Source: the human T2T-CHM13v2.0 reference genome, Homo sapiens. Taken from it: 64,000 bases of DNA. Position 1 is the first letter of the stretch. Each line of letters starts with the position of its first letter. The notes below the pieces were generated by a model that saw only the letters and a list, made by a program, of their open reading frames with translations, did no database searches and was not told the origin of the DNA. Below, piece after piece: positions 1 through 15,239 of the stretch. The DNA lies in assembly GCF_009914755.1 (NCBI RefSeq), contig NC_060935.1; one strand, written 5' to 3'. Both the position numbers and the translations under genes were made by a program.

Positions 1-149
1 CCAAACAACGGGCTGTAGCAAAAAATTCTGGAGTCTAGTCTTGCTGGAATCGAGTGAGGAACATCATAGGCACCCAATCAATGTTTATGAATGAAAGCCA
101 AGAGTGGGTGCAGAAGGAACAATGGGATGAGACTTCTTCCCATTGGGAT

Positions 150-262
150 GATCTTGGATACGTCACTTTATTCTCTAAATCCGTTTCCTTTTCTGTGAAA
201 AAAGCAAATTACTGCATGGGGTTGTGTGGACATTAAATGAGATATTATATGTAAAAGGGTCC
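150..262 (+). mobile_element. MIR fragment
   Basis: gtcactttattctct...gtttccttttctgtgaaa...gggttgtgtggacattaaatgagatattatatgtaaa resembles the MIR core/3' end. Confidence 0.65.
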
Positions 263-2472
263 TCAGTGGGGCCTTTTCCCCTGAAAGGTGAGGTGGAACC
301 TGGGGTTTGCAGCTTAATGTAGCCTCCAATGGCCAAAGGCTTGCTGTAGGCTGGGCTCCATGCTAAACCCTTTGTGTCCTTTTTTCATTTCCTTTCCATG
401 ATAGCATTCCCATTCAGATGAGAAAACTGGGGATCATAGAGGCTTTGAGAGGTTCCAGCTGGTAAGCAGAGAGCAAAGGCTCAAACCAGGTCTGTTGGGC
501 TCCAAGCATGCACCCCTAATCACTACTCTAAATTGCTTTTACAGAAAAATAAGTCAATGCAGAGCTTCCAACACCATCAGCTCACTGTGGTTCTGCCTTC
601 ATGGGCCAGTAACTCAGCCAAAGCCTGGAGATTCTGGAAACTGCCTCCATTGCCTTTGCTGTCCCTGCCCCTCTGCTGGAAGTCGCCCACAGATGCCAGC
701 TGGGGCCAGCCTCCCCCAAGACTGCCTCCCCCATCAGGAGTGGAGTCCTGCCAGGTTAGCAGAGCGGCTTCCAATTAGACATCATCTCCTGCCCAGGCAG
801 GAGGCAGAAAGCAGGCGGAGCTCAGTGGGGTGCAGGCAGTTAGAGGGTAATTAGATGTGGATGCGGAACAGCTCCCTTAATGAGGAGGCTGCTGTGGGTG
901 AGGGACACGCAAGAGAAGCATCACTTCAGGCACCTGCCGCCACCAGCATCTGGCCCTGGGCAGGCTGGGGAAGGAAAAAAGAATTCACGTTATTTGTGGC
1001 CCAGGCTCTGTGCTGGCTACAGGGCTCCTTTACCCTCATAACACCCTCCCAAGGGCAGGAATAGCATCCTATCCTGCAGAGGAGAACACTGAGACTCAGG
1101 GAAGGAAAACACTGCTCAACCCCTCCAGGGCACACAGCTAGAATGTGGCAGACAAAGAGGTTAAGAGGTCTCAATCCCAGGTCTGAGCCCTTTCTCCTCT
1201 AGCACACCACTGCCCCCATGTTCTTCATCTGCTCTCATCCTCTGACACTAGAGCATCTGATGGGCACTCATAGTTGACACCAAGGATGATATTCAAATTA
1301 TTCCTCACCTGGTATGGCAGGGCTATGACCAGCTAGAACACACCCAGGCCTTCTGGAGGCCTGAAGCAGGGTCCTGAAGGGCCCTGGTTGTGGCAAGCAT
1401 TAATCCCTTGGTTGCTGGATTGTGAGAAGGATCTCAGGAGAGGGCTGGGGTGGTTGGAACAGCTGTGGTGGTAAAAATACTCAGGGGCTTGGGGGAGCAG
1501 CTTTTAACCAACTGGTATAAAAGAATCTCAGTTTTTAATAACCAGCATTGCTCTAATAACCAACACATGTCGAAAGAACCTTCATCTCCTATTGGGTCTA
1601 CCCTTAAAGGTAACGTTTGCTTCTATGCCAGAGGGCTGGAACCAAGGAGGCTGCTAGTGGCATCCTGCTGAACACACCCCGCCCTTCACCCAGAGCTGGC
1701 ACCCAATGCCCAAGATGAGTGACTCATGCTGTCTCCCCAGAGCAAGCAAGAGAGGGAACAGAGACTTCCCAGGCAGGAGCAGCCAGCCTCAGGGAAGCCC
1801 CCATCTGGCTGAGGCAATCTAGTCCATCTGGAAAAGGGGAGAATGTGCCAAACACTACAGCAGCTGTGCCCAAAGCAAGTTCTGCAGATCCAAAAAGTTG
1901 TCCTCAGCAAAGAGGGTTCCTTGAGTAAATCTGTTTGGGAAATACCGCATGCCCCACACTCCCTCAGGACAGTCACAGCACAGATTGGCATATTCAAGGT
2001 TCTGAGAAATTCCAGGGTAAAAAGGCCTTCCGATTTTATGTAACCTCACATTTTCCAGGCACATTTAATTACAGAGCCTGCTCTTTGTTTAGCCCTAATG
2101 GGACTCAGAGGGCATGAGTTTACCTTGGGATGCAGCTTGGGAAACACCATTATAGACAGATCCCTTCTTTGATCCCAGCAGCCCAGACTTTGCCTCTCAG
2201 CCAAAGCTAATACCAAGGGTGGGTCTGTGTCCTGCTGGCAAAGGGTGAACAGATCCAGGGGAAAGGGAGGCAAGGTGTGGGGGAGTGAGTGCTGATCTGC
2301 ACTCCAAGGCCCCCAAAAATGCTCCTTTACTCCCCCTGCATAGTATCCTTCCAGAAAATAATCAAAGCCAATCAATCCACAGGCTGGGAGCTCAAGAGAT
2401 GCTCAGCCCTCCCTTGAGCTGGAAGAGAGGTTTAAGGCTGCAGCCCAGCCCCTGAGCACCAGGAAACAGTCC

Positions 2473-2656
2473 TGTTGTGGACTCCATGTCTGTGTCTTCC
2501 CAAACATCCTATGTGAAGCTCTAACCCCCAATGTGATGATATTTGGAGACGGGGCCTTTGGGAAGTACTCAAGTTTAGATGAGTTAATAAGGGTGGGGCC
2601 CCCACGATGGAATTGGTGTCCTTGTAAGACCAGAGGAAGAGATGCTGGAACTAACT

Positions 2657-2689
<33 letters not shown>

Positions 2690-2872
2690 CCTCCCATGTG
2701 AGGTCATAGTGAGAAGATGGCTGTCTACAATCAGGAAGAGAGCTCTTACCAGGAACCAAATCTGCCAGAACCTTGATCATGGACTTCCAGACTTTAGAAA
2801 TATGAGAATTCCTGTTGTTTAAGCCACCCAGTCTATGGTATTTTATTATGACAGCCAGAACTGACTAAGATG
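2473..2872 (+). mobile_element. MLT1A-like MaLR solo LTR with internal (CT)n
   Basis: TG start, ggggcctttgggaag..gggtggggccc, end ctgttgtttaagccacccagtctatggtattt..gactaaga; 5-bp TSD agtcc at 2468-2472 and 2873-2877. Confidence 0.85.
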
Positions 2873-2904
2873 AGTCCCTTGGTCCCAAGAACTCTGGACT
2901 AGAA

Positions 2905-3045
2905 TAGACATGGTTCAAGTATGGGTTTTACTTCTGACCTGCTGTGTGACCTCAGCAAGTCACTTAACCTCTCTGAACCTCAGTTTCCATCGGTGTAATT
3001 GGATGATAACACTTAGATCACTGGGTTGTGGAAAGACTCAATAAT
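2905..3045 (+). mobile_element. MIR
   Basis: gctgtgtgacctcagcaagtcacttaacctctctgaacctcagtttcc = MIR core. Confidence 0.8.
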
Positions 3046-4129
3046 GATGACAGCCACACTTATAGAGCACTAACTGTGTGCCCTGCGTGTCTGCTTGGTG
3101 TATAACCTCTGTCCTAGATTCTAGCTTTGTGCGGAGTGGACATCCCATGATGGATGCAGGGAAATAATGGGTGTATCTTAGCCTGGGTCTCCAGAAAGCA
3201 GAGCCAACAACAGAGGCTTAGCTGTGAGAGCGTGTTGCAGGGACTAGGAGCGTGTGCCAGGAGTCGCAGGCTGGCGATGGTGATGAGCTCTGAACAGAGT
3301 CAGTCCATCCCATGGGTCTGCCAGAAGGACTCATCCAAAGAAGAAAGAGGGAGCGTTTATCACAGGTTCCATCTCCCCCAGGCTAAGAACGCCCCACGGG
3401 GAAGGTTCCCACCGGGCATCAACTTCCCCCATACTTCTAGGCTGTGCGTGTGTCTCAGTGGTCCCATTGTGAACTGGTACCCAGCCCAGAAATCCTTGAT
3501 TTTGCTCTCCTTTCTGACACCTCAAATCTAATCTGTCAGCAAGACTGCTGGCTCTTCTCTTGAAACATTTCCAGAATCTCACTACTTTTGATCACATCCA
3601 GTGCTCCTGCCCCGGTGATAATCATCGGAATTACCAGCCTCCTAACTGGCCACCTGCTTCCCCTCTTGACCCCTCACTCTGCCCAGCAATCGGCTGATCT
3701 TTTCACAAGTAAATCAGAGCGGGTCACTCTGCAGCTTGAAACTTACAAGCCTGCAACCTACCTTCCCTTTACACCTGAGAACTTACCATGCTGAGCAGGG
3801 CCCCAAATTATACAGCCCCAAACGGGTCAGGTCTCATTTTTGTCACATTTCCCCAGGTCAATCCACTCTAGCCACACTGGATTCCCTTCTTCAGCCCACC
3901 AACCTCACGGCCTTTGTACCTGCTGTTTCCTCTGCCTGGAACAGTCTTCCCCTGGTTTTCTAAAAGGACCACTCCTTCACTGCTATCGTCTCTGCTCAAA
4001 TATTTCCTTCCCAACCATTCTTTCCAAAAACAAACAAAAAACATCACCCCACCCACTGTCTACTCCCTGCCCTTCTTCTCTTGTCCTTGCAGCACTTACC
4101 CTTGCGTGGTGTCATATTATACTTTAGTC

Positions 4130-4346
4130 TCCAGCAAGTCTATCTGATGGAACTTCCTATAAGGATAGACATGTTCCACAACCCACGCTACTCAATACAA
4201 TAGCCACTGACCACATATGGCTGTTGAGCACTTGAAATGCAGCCATTGTATCAGAGGAACTGAATTTTTAGTTTTGTTTCATTTTAAATACTTTGAATTT
4301 CCATTGCCCCGTGTGGCTAGTGGTTTCCACAGAGGATAGTGAAATT
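4130..4346 (+). mobile_element. MER3 (hAT-Charlie MITE)
   Basis: tagccactgaccacatatggctgttgagcacttgaaatg..gaggaactgaatttttagtttt..gtgtggctagtgg; probable 8-bp TSD ctttagtc/ctatagtc. Confidence 0.75.
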
Positions 4347-4424
4347 CTATAGTCTCAGTCTCCCCAAAAGAATATTAGCGCTATGAGGATGACTCTTATC
4401 CCTTTTGTTCATAGATATGTCTAG

Positions 4425-4745
<321 letters not shown>

Positions 4746-5504
4746 GCCCTAGCACACAAAGTAGGTGCTCAAAAAAGACTGGAGAATGAGTGACTCTATT
4801 ATTATAGAATTACGTTCTCTTTTTTCCTTTTACATGAATGAGGGAACTAGAACCCAGAGAGGGTAAGTGTTCAGCCAGCCACACACAGTGAGTTCCTGCC
4901 CACTGAATAACTTCCCTCCTCCACTCCTGTCCACTCTGCTCCCTGGTGGCTTGTTGGCAGCAGGGAACTGATTAAAACCAATCAGCCAATTTACCCTGGA
5001 GAATCCGGGATGTGGTGCTCCAGGTCGCAGCTGGCATGGGCTGAGACTGCAGGTGAAGGCATAGGTGTCTGTGCTGCCTCCACGAGCCAGTGGGGGTGGA
5101 CGGAGATCCACGGGGTGCGTGAGTCACAGGATATTGCTCAAGATGACAACAGACAAAAAACAGACTAAAGCCCAGGAGACGACCAAGTGATTACTTTTTA
5201 AATCAAGAACTCTTTACAGATTTCTGCTAGGCCAGCCTCAGGCAACAGGGGTCAAAGAAGAGTCTAGCTGGGAATTGTAAAAGGAAACAGGAAACTTGTT
5301 TCCTGCCGATTGGCAGGAAGTGTGAGCAGGAGTGGTTTATATTTGGAAAGAGAAAGGTAAGGAGGGGGACCTAGGGAGTCTCTGTGGTCTGAAAATGCTG
5401 TTGACGTGGACAGTCCACCTTGCTGAGCTCAGCGTTGCCCCGATCTCCTGGGAGTGAGGACGGGCGCGGTTCCGATGCTTCACAGCGTGAATCTGCATCT
5501 TTTA

Positions 5505-5665
5505 TTCACCTTCTCTAAGCCTCAGTTTCCTCATCTGCACAATGAAGAGAAGGAAGCCCACCCCCCACCCCCAGGAGATGTGAAATGTCAATAGACCAGT
5601 GTATGAAGTGCCCTGCACATAGCCGGTGCTTAGCAAATGGTAGCTTATGATATTATTGTCATCAA
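5505..5665 (+). mobile_element. MIR
   Basis: ttctctaagcctcagtttcctcatctgcacaatg...aaatggtagcttatgatattatt. Confidence 0.75.
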
Positions 5666-6121
5666 AGTCTCCGGGTGCTGTGAAAGATAGGAAGGTCAGA
5701 AAATACTTTTCTGAGCTCGTGACAAACTGGGCCTTGGACGAGCAGGCAAGGTGAGAAGGAAGCGCCAGGCAGAGGGAACAGCCTGACCAAAGGCTCAGAG
5801 GTGGGACGGGGGGGAGCTTATTTGGGCCACACAACTGGCAGGTCCTGATTCTCACCCCACTCCCAACTATGACTTTGGGAGGCTGTCTGTCTGTCCTGCC
5901 TCCTCCTCCTCCTCCCAATGGCTATCTCGGTGGGAGTCCTAGGGAGCAGGGTGAGGGCACTGGGGGAAGGAGAGGCAGGTTTTGGCGGCTCGGGCAGGTG
6001 GCAGTGGCAAGGGCCAGAGAGAACAGGCTGTGGTCTAGTTAATCAGCCCGGACACATCTGATTACCAAGAGGGGACGAGGACAGTCCCAAGGAGGGGCAG
6101 GACATCCTACATCTCTCCATC

Positions 6122-6317
6122 TAGGGTTGCTAGATTTAGCAAAAACAACAGACAAACAGAAAACAGGATGCCCAGTTAAATTTGGATCTCAGATAAATAG
6201 CAAATAATTTTTTAGCATAAGTGTGGAGAAGCCAAGACATACTTCTACCGAAAAATTTATTGTTTATATGAAACTCAAAAAGTATTCATTGTTTATCCAT
6301 AACTGGGCATCCTGTAT
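6122..6317. mobile_element. MER53 palindromic hAT MITE
   Basis: tagggttgctagatttagc; acaggatgcccagtt (~6163) pairs with aactgggcatcctgt (6301-6315). Confidence 0.85.
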
Positions 6318-6327
6318 GCAGGCCTAG

Positions 6328-7173
<846 letters not shown>

Positions 7174-8704
7174 AAAGCACATTTCTTTCACTGTCTCCCC
7201 TACTTAATTCTAACTTTCCTGCCAGATAGAACTCACTTCAGTCCTCACCTTCTTGACCTCCTAGACGAGTTCCCTTGTTCTTAGTGTATCTTACAGCCCT
7301 GAACCTTCCTTTGGCTGCATACAGACACCATTCTGTTTACCTGTGAAACCCTCTGGTTTTGGTCCACACATCTTTGGCTTCCCATGCTACCCTGTGCCTG
7401 GGCCCAGACCCAGCGTTAGCAAGTACTCTGGCCATTTTTATTGTGTGAATGAACAGGAACTATTCCAGGAAATGGGAGGAGGCAGATAAGGAAGGTCTGA
7501 AGCACCCATGTGGTTGCCTCACATCTTCCCCAGAGAACAGGATCCTTACCAAACCACTGACCTGGCCTTCTGTCTCCAGGCAGGACAGGAGCCCATGGCC
7601 ACGGTCAAGGGGACAGAGCTCGTGAGGGAGGCCAAGAGCTGACATCCCAGCTCTGCACCCCCGCCATTGTTCACTGTGGGCAGCCCTCGACCGCCCTCTG
7701 AGGCCCTACTACTCCCCTAAGTAATGCTGACCCTCACCCCCCCAGCTCTGCCTACTGTGAGTCTTGTCCCTGAAAACTGCATATTCTTTTGAGAGGGACA
7801 TTGGTCTCCCCTGCCCCGGGAGGCTACAATCTCTGGACAGCCATAGGCAGCCAGGGCCTGTCCATCTTCTGTCCTCAGCTGCTCGCGCAGTGTCTGCACT
7901 TAGCACGAGCTCAGTGGTTAGCGGTAGGGTGAATGAATGAGTAAATAGCACATTTCCTCCACATCGTGTCAGTTTGTCAGGGACTGGGGGAAAGGGAGAG
8001 AGGCAGCAGTGGCAGATGGCCATTGGGACCAGGAGTAGGGACTAAAAAGGGAAGATGATGAGCACAGGGAAGGAGCCTGATCCACAGGCACGCTACTCTA
8101 CGTTGATGTCATCTTGGACGAAACCCAGGAGGACTGGCTTATCACAAATTATGTCTCCCCAGGCTAGCGTTATCATCTGATTTCGAACAAATTACAGAAT
8201 TAAGGGGGTGGGGCTGGGCCTGTCCTATATTTGGCTCTGGCATATCAGCGGAGCCAGTGAGCGTCTTCTGGGCTCGTGCACGCAAACCTGATTAAGGTCA
8301 GTTTGGGCAGGAAAGTCGCATGCTCCCCCAGATGGCCAAGGATCTCACAGACAGGAGGTGGAGGCAGGGAGGAGCCAGTCAGCCTGAGACACACGCACCT
8401 CCAGCCGCCAGTCCGCCAGTTCCCACTAACTCAAATGATGTAGCTGTGGCTGGGTGGGGGGCGGCAGCTGGCAGATGCTGTGTTGACAGAAGGTATTTCT
8501 AGCACCTCTGATGAGGACCAGATTATGCCCAGCATCCAGGGAGGTTGGGAGCGTGTGCAAGAGAAACCAAGGAGGTGGGAATGAGTACATCTTGTAGAAA
8601 AGGAGGGGGAGGCTGGGAGGTGGGAGAAGCTGGGAGCGGGGGCTGCGGTGGTGTGAATTAGAGCAGGGCTTCTGATTTCTCTTGCAGCCTTAGCTCTTGC
8701 TACC

Positions 8705-9215
8705 TGTAGAGGACATCTGGTGTTTTTGTCTGCTTAACATTTATTTCCTTCCTTCTGGAAACGTCATCCTGATTTGGCTTTGAGGAAATACCCTGCCTCC
8801 ACTCTTGGCCCATGTAGCCCAGGCAGGGCCGACCCCACCCCTCAGATTCACAGGTGGGCCCAAGCCTCAGCCTGGAGTACAGCCCTGAGTGCAGGGCCTG
8901 ACTCAGGGATGGCTTGGCATAGAAGCTGGGTCAACCAGTGTCAGCACTGAGACTGTGGTTGGAATGACTGGGAAATCAATATTTTTTCCCAATTGAGACT
9001 GAAGCAGGGAGCAGGGAACCCCTAAGATGTGGCTAGGCTCTATCTCAGAAAAAAGCCAGTGCCAAAGAAAGCAGAACAAGAAAAATGAAACAAGAAAGAA
9101 GAAATCGAAATGACATAGTTTGAGCACCTGGATCCAGCTGCACCTGAAGCTCATCTCTTGGACTCTTCTGAAAACACGAGCAAAAAATCCCCTTTCAGCT
9201 GAATTTCTGTAATTT
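8705..9215 (+). mobile_element. Old MaLR LTR (MLT1K/L-like)
   Basis: tgacatagtttgagcacctggatccagctgcacctgaagc..ggactcttctg is typical of old MLT1 LTR 3' halves. Confidence 0.55.
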
Positions 9216-9809
9216 TCACCCCCCCACCAAAAAAAACTTGATTATTTTTAGTCCTACACTCACGCCATATGAGCCTAGTTGCAGGTTCTCAGAACAGATT
9301 GAACACCACCCCCTCCAGATTGTTACTCGGGCTGTAACCTCTCCCAGGAATACCATCCCAGTCTCACAGTCTCTTGTTAAAACGCTACTCTACCCTTCAC
9401 TCAAATGTCACCTACTTCAAGGCACATCCCAGGATGCTGCATTCAAGATGTTTCCTCTTTGACGCTCCCAGAGCTGACTGAGTGGACCTTTGTTATGGGG
9501 CGCGGGGCAATGGAGCTGAGGCTGCACCATGTTTGTGAGTATTTAACCCTCTCTTCATTGAGCCCAGCACTGTGCCAGGAGCTTAACAAGTATGTTCTCC
9601 TTTCATCTTCACACCTGCTCCTTGAGGTAGTATCTCTACAATCTCTATCCCGCTGGTGCACCGTTGACCCAGGGAGGCTGAGAGACATGCTTCATGTCGA
9701 AGGTAAGAGCCTGGATCAGGCCTGCAGAGTTCCATCTCTAGCCTGCCATGTCATGCTGGCCTCTGGCCTCATTTGCCTGCCAGGGTCTTTCTCCCACCTT
9801 TTACTGCAG

Positions 9810-9935
9810 TGACCAACGTGAAAAGTGGAGGGCTTAAGAGTGTAAACTCTGGAGTCACCCTGCTTGGGTTCAAATGCAAGCTCAACTTCCCAGGAGCTGT
9901 GTGACCTTGGGCAAATAACTCCTCTGAGCTTCCCT
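9810..9935 (+). mobile_element. MIR 5' part
   Basis: actctggagtcaccctgcttgggttcaaatgc..gctgtgtgaccttgggcaaataactcctctgagc. Confidence 0.8.
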
Positions 9936-9939
9936 TTCT

Positions 9940-10340
9940 TTTTTAAAAAATCAGAATAAAATACACTTAATGTAAAATTTACTGTCTTAACCATGTTTAA
10001 GCGTACAGCTTAGTAGCATGAACTACATTCACACTGCTATGCAACCATCACCACCGCCCAGCTCCAGAACTCTTTATCTTGCAAAACTAAAATTTTGTAC
10101 CCATGAAACAATGACTCCTCATTCCCCCAAGTCCCAGCCCCTGGCAGCCACCATTCCACTTTCTGTCTCTATGAATTTGAACACTCTAGGAACCTCACAT
10201 AGGTAGAATCATACAGTATTTGTCCATTTGTGACTCACTTATTTCACCTAACATAATGTCACGAAGGTTTATCCATGTCATAGCGTGTTTCACTTTCCTT
10301 CCTCTTTAAGGCTAAATAATATTCCATTGTATGTCTTCCA
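9940..10340 (-). mobile_element. L1MB-like 3' end
   Basis: cattcacactgctatgcaaccatcaccac..cccagcccctggcagccaccattccactttctgtctctatgaatttg..aatcatacagtatttgtcc. Confidence 0.85.
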
Positions 10341-10533
10341 CGTGATCCCTAAACTGAGGCTAGAATTTATCTCTATGGTAAAAATTAGCCATTAGTATAG
10401 GCATCATGGCCAGCTCTCTATAGCCTGGAGTGGGCCAGAGATGAAGAGGAGGGCATCTCGGTTGGGAGGGCCATACTCCTGCCAACGAGAGGGCAAGGTC
10501 ATGTTGAGGCCCATCATCTGCGCTGCTTCCCAT

Positions 10534-10617
10534 TCAAACAATTGTCCACAGGGACGACAAGAGAGGGAAGGATTCTCAAACAATTGTCCACAGGGACAAA
10601 AAGAAAGAGAAGGATTC
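10534..10617 (+). repeat. 42-bp tandem duplication (2 copies)
   Basis: tcaaacaattgtccacagggac..gaaggattc at 10534 and 10576. Confidence 0.9.
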
Positions 10618-11429
10618 TTTGGTGTGCCATGGGAGATAGGGTGTCCCTGCAGCAAGAGGGCATTCTTGATTCCAATTCTTCTCCCATCTGCAGAGTATGC
10701 CTCTTCTGAGCCAGGAGCGTGCTGGGAGCCATCATAGCCCTCGCCAGCTCTCCTCCCAAATGCCAAGGAAATGTTCATCAGAGGAATGGCAGGACAGGGG
10801 GGTGGGCAAGAAAAGTGCCAATCCAGAAACTCTTGGCTGAGCCCCCAGTTTCAAGGCAATGTTGCAACTTCCCCCTAGGATCTGCAAGGTGTCAATACTG
10901 CAGGGAAAGGAAATTAAACACTTAGTGCCAGTTGAGGAGAGCTGCTTGCAGGAATGCCAGGGAGGACGGATGTTTTGGGCCCGGAGACTGGCTTCTCAGA
11001 AGCACTCCTTTGAGATAGGGCTGCCTCTCTGGATTCATCCCAGCACCTCTTGGGCAGCTGCATGGATGGAGCAGGCCCAGATCTGGACACCGTGGAGGGC
11101 AGGGAGAGGAGGGGAGGGAGACTCACTACCAACTACCCTGGGCCTGTAGTCAGTGTTTGGTCTGTCAGATGCAGGCACTGAAGACACCGTCTACCTGTGA
11201 GATTCCATCCGGAATACCCTCTTCCTCCTTCAAAAATGCTCAGAATTAGACTCAATGCATCACTCCCCCACCAGGTTAGGAAGTGAAGCTGGTGGCTTTC
11301 GGGAGTTACCTGGGTTGGGAGGACATGGCATTCTTGCTGTCAGTGAGAAAGATGACCAGGCTAGGAAGTGCCTGCTACCATGACCTCTACCCATTTCACC
11401 CCCCATTATCGACGGACACACCACCCCCT

Positions 11430-11851
11430 GCCATGGAAGGTCGGATTATTGTCGCCAGCTCTCCACTGCCTCCCTGTCATAGAATTACAAGTCCACACCC
11501 TTTGCCATGTTGGGCCTGGCTGTGGGCCTTGCTTGGGCCAGTGGAATGCAGCAAACACCCTGTGAGGTTTTAAATGTGCTTACATAATTTGGCTTGGCCT
11601 CGTGTGCTTCTGCCATCTGCCCTGAGAAGAGCATACCCCCAGGAGCAGCAGCAACGAGTCCAACTAAAAGAAGGAAAACATGGCTCTGAACACAGCCCCA
11701 TCCCAGAGCCACACCTGAATGAACCAAGCAGAAATCAGCTGAGCCCCAGAAGTGAGACCCAGAAGTGAGAAAAGTAAATATCTGTTCCTGTGGGCCATTG
11801 CAATTTTGCTGTTTGTTCTTCAGTATTAGTGCAGCAAGCAGGACTAATACA
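11430..11851 (+). mobile_element. MLT1I/H-like MaLR LTR
   Basis: ccacaccctttgccatgt..gcttgggccagtggaatg..tgagaagagcataccc..end actaataca. Confidence 0.6.
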
Positions 11852-12779
11852 CCAGATATAAGTACACATATGTGTGTTCAAACAACATAAATGCAAGTTC
11901 ATCCACAAATATATGCCAGATGCATATCATAGATACACAAACTACAATGCACCTATGACTTCTCCCTCAGGCGGGGAGCCTGGGCAGTCCCATACGTGTC
12001 CCACTGAATCACACTGGTTGTCTTTGCAGGAGACGCTCAGTGGGCCTTACTCCTAACCCAAGGCTGGGATGCTGTGCCCTCCTTTCTTCAATCAAGAGCC
12101 TGAAGGAAACTTGAGAGCAGGGCCATGTCTGGCTCACTTCTGTGTCCCAATATGACCCAGGTGGGACTCGCCACACAAACTCAAATGCCCAGTTAGAGAT
12201 TGCTGGGTGGACACAATCCAACATCCTACTGGGCATTTTCTTTCTGGAGACTGGGGACCCTTGGGGCCCCACCAGCTCTGGAATTCTGGGATTCTCTTAG
12301 CCTGTGCTGATGTCAGCAGGCTGAAGGGAGACTGCGTAGCAGAGGGGAGGGCTATGCCAGGTGTGAGGGATCGGGCCCCACTCCCAGCTGCCACAGCCAC
12401 AGTGACCCTGCCCTCTGAGCCACACCTTGCCCCCATCCTGAGGAGCCCCAGGGGCCTTTGCTGACATCCTGGCTTAGCCTCAGGGCCCATCCCTGAGCAG
12501 GGAGGCAAGGCCTTAGCATCTCAGGGGGGACAGAATTGCACTCTGGTGTCAGAGTTTTGGATTCAATCCCCGTTCTGCCCTGGTTACCTGTGGGACCTTG
12601 GGCACTTCACCTCTCTGGCCTCAGTCTCTTCTTCTGTAGCCTACTCAAGGACAGCCCTTCATTTGAGCCTTACATGCCAGCCCCTCACACCCACTCCAGG
12701 GTTTTTTCCTCTCTCCCTCCTGCATTGAATTCTTCCTCCTGCATTGAATTCTTCCTCCATCCTGGATCACCCTCCACAG

Positions 12780-14440
<1,661 letters not shown>

Positions 14441-14732
14441 AGAACCATCAGTGAGCATGGACAAGCTGCCTCGTAGGGTTTTGGCTTAAATGATAGAGCT
14501 CAGATAAGGCGCTCAGCCTGGGGCACGTGGATGCCACATGGTAGAAGTCGGCAGTTATGTGATTGTCACTGCTGCCATTGTCATCATTTCCTTTTTCACA
14601 GATGGAGAAAGCAGGGCTCAGAGACCCAAGGCCTGGCTCAAGGTCACAGAGCATGGCCAGAGCCAATCAGACCCACCTGGACCAACTCCCTCTCCCCACT
14701 GACAGGTGGGCCACCCCTCTCCTCTAAGACCC

Positions 14733-15239
14733 TGTATTAGTCTGTTCTCACACAGCTATAAAGAACGATCTGAGACTGAGTAATTTATGAAGAAAAGAGG
14801 TACACCAACATGGCACATGTATACATATGTAACAAACCTGCACATTGTGCACATGTACCCTAGAACTTAAAGCATAATAAAATATATATATTATATATAT
14901 ATATAAAAGAAAAGAGGTTTAATTGACTCACAGTTCCACAGGCTTAACAGGACGCATGACTGGGAGGCCTCAGGAAACTTACAGTCATGGCAGAAGAAGA
15001 AAGGGAAGCAAGGACCTTCTTCCCATGGTGGCAGGCAGGAGAGAGAGAGAGTGAGGGGGGAAGTGCCACACACTTTTAAACCACCAGATCTCGTGAGAAT
15101 TCACTCACTATCACGAGAACAGCATGGGGGAAATCTGCCCCCATGATCCAATCACCTCCCACCAGGTCCCACCGCCCCAACACTGGGAATTACGATTTGA
15201 CATGAGATTTGGGTAGGGGCACAGAGCCAAACCATATCA
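14733..15239 (-). mobile_element. THE1D/MSTA-like solo LTR
   Basis: tgtattagtctgttctcacac...cagagccaaaccatatca; 5-bp TSD gaccc on both sides. Confidence 0.9.
14802..14906 (+). mobile_element. Very short L1PA (PA3-5-like) 3' end inserted in the LTR
   Basis: acaccaacatggcacatgtatacatatgtaacaaacctgcacattgtgcacatgtaccctagaacttaaag; TSD aagaaaagaggt at 14790 and 14907. Confidence 0.92.

Noticed and set aside
1262-1552. Possible ancient hAT-type transposon
   Set aside because: Only a vague resemblance; termini and family could not be supported.
6122-6317. miR-1302-family hairpin from MER53
   Set aside because: The centre is diverged (gtgtggagaagccaagacatacttctacc) and neither strand retains the expected ttgggacatactt 5' end.
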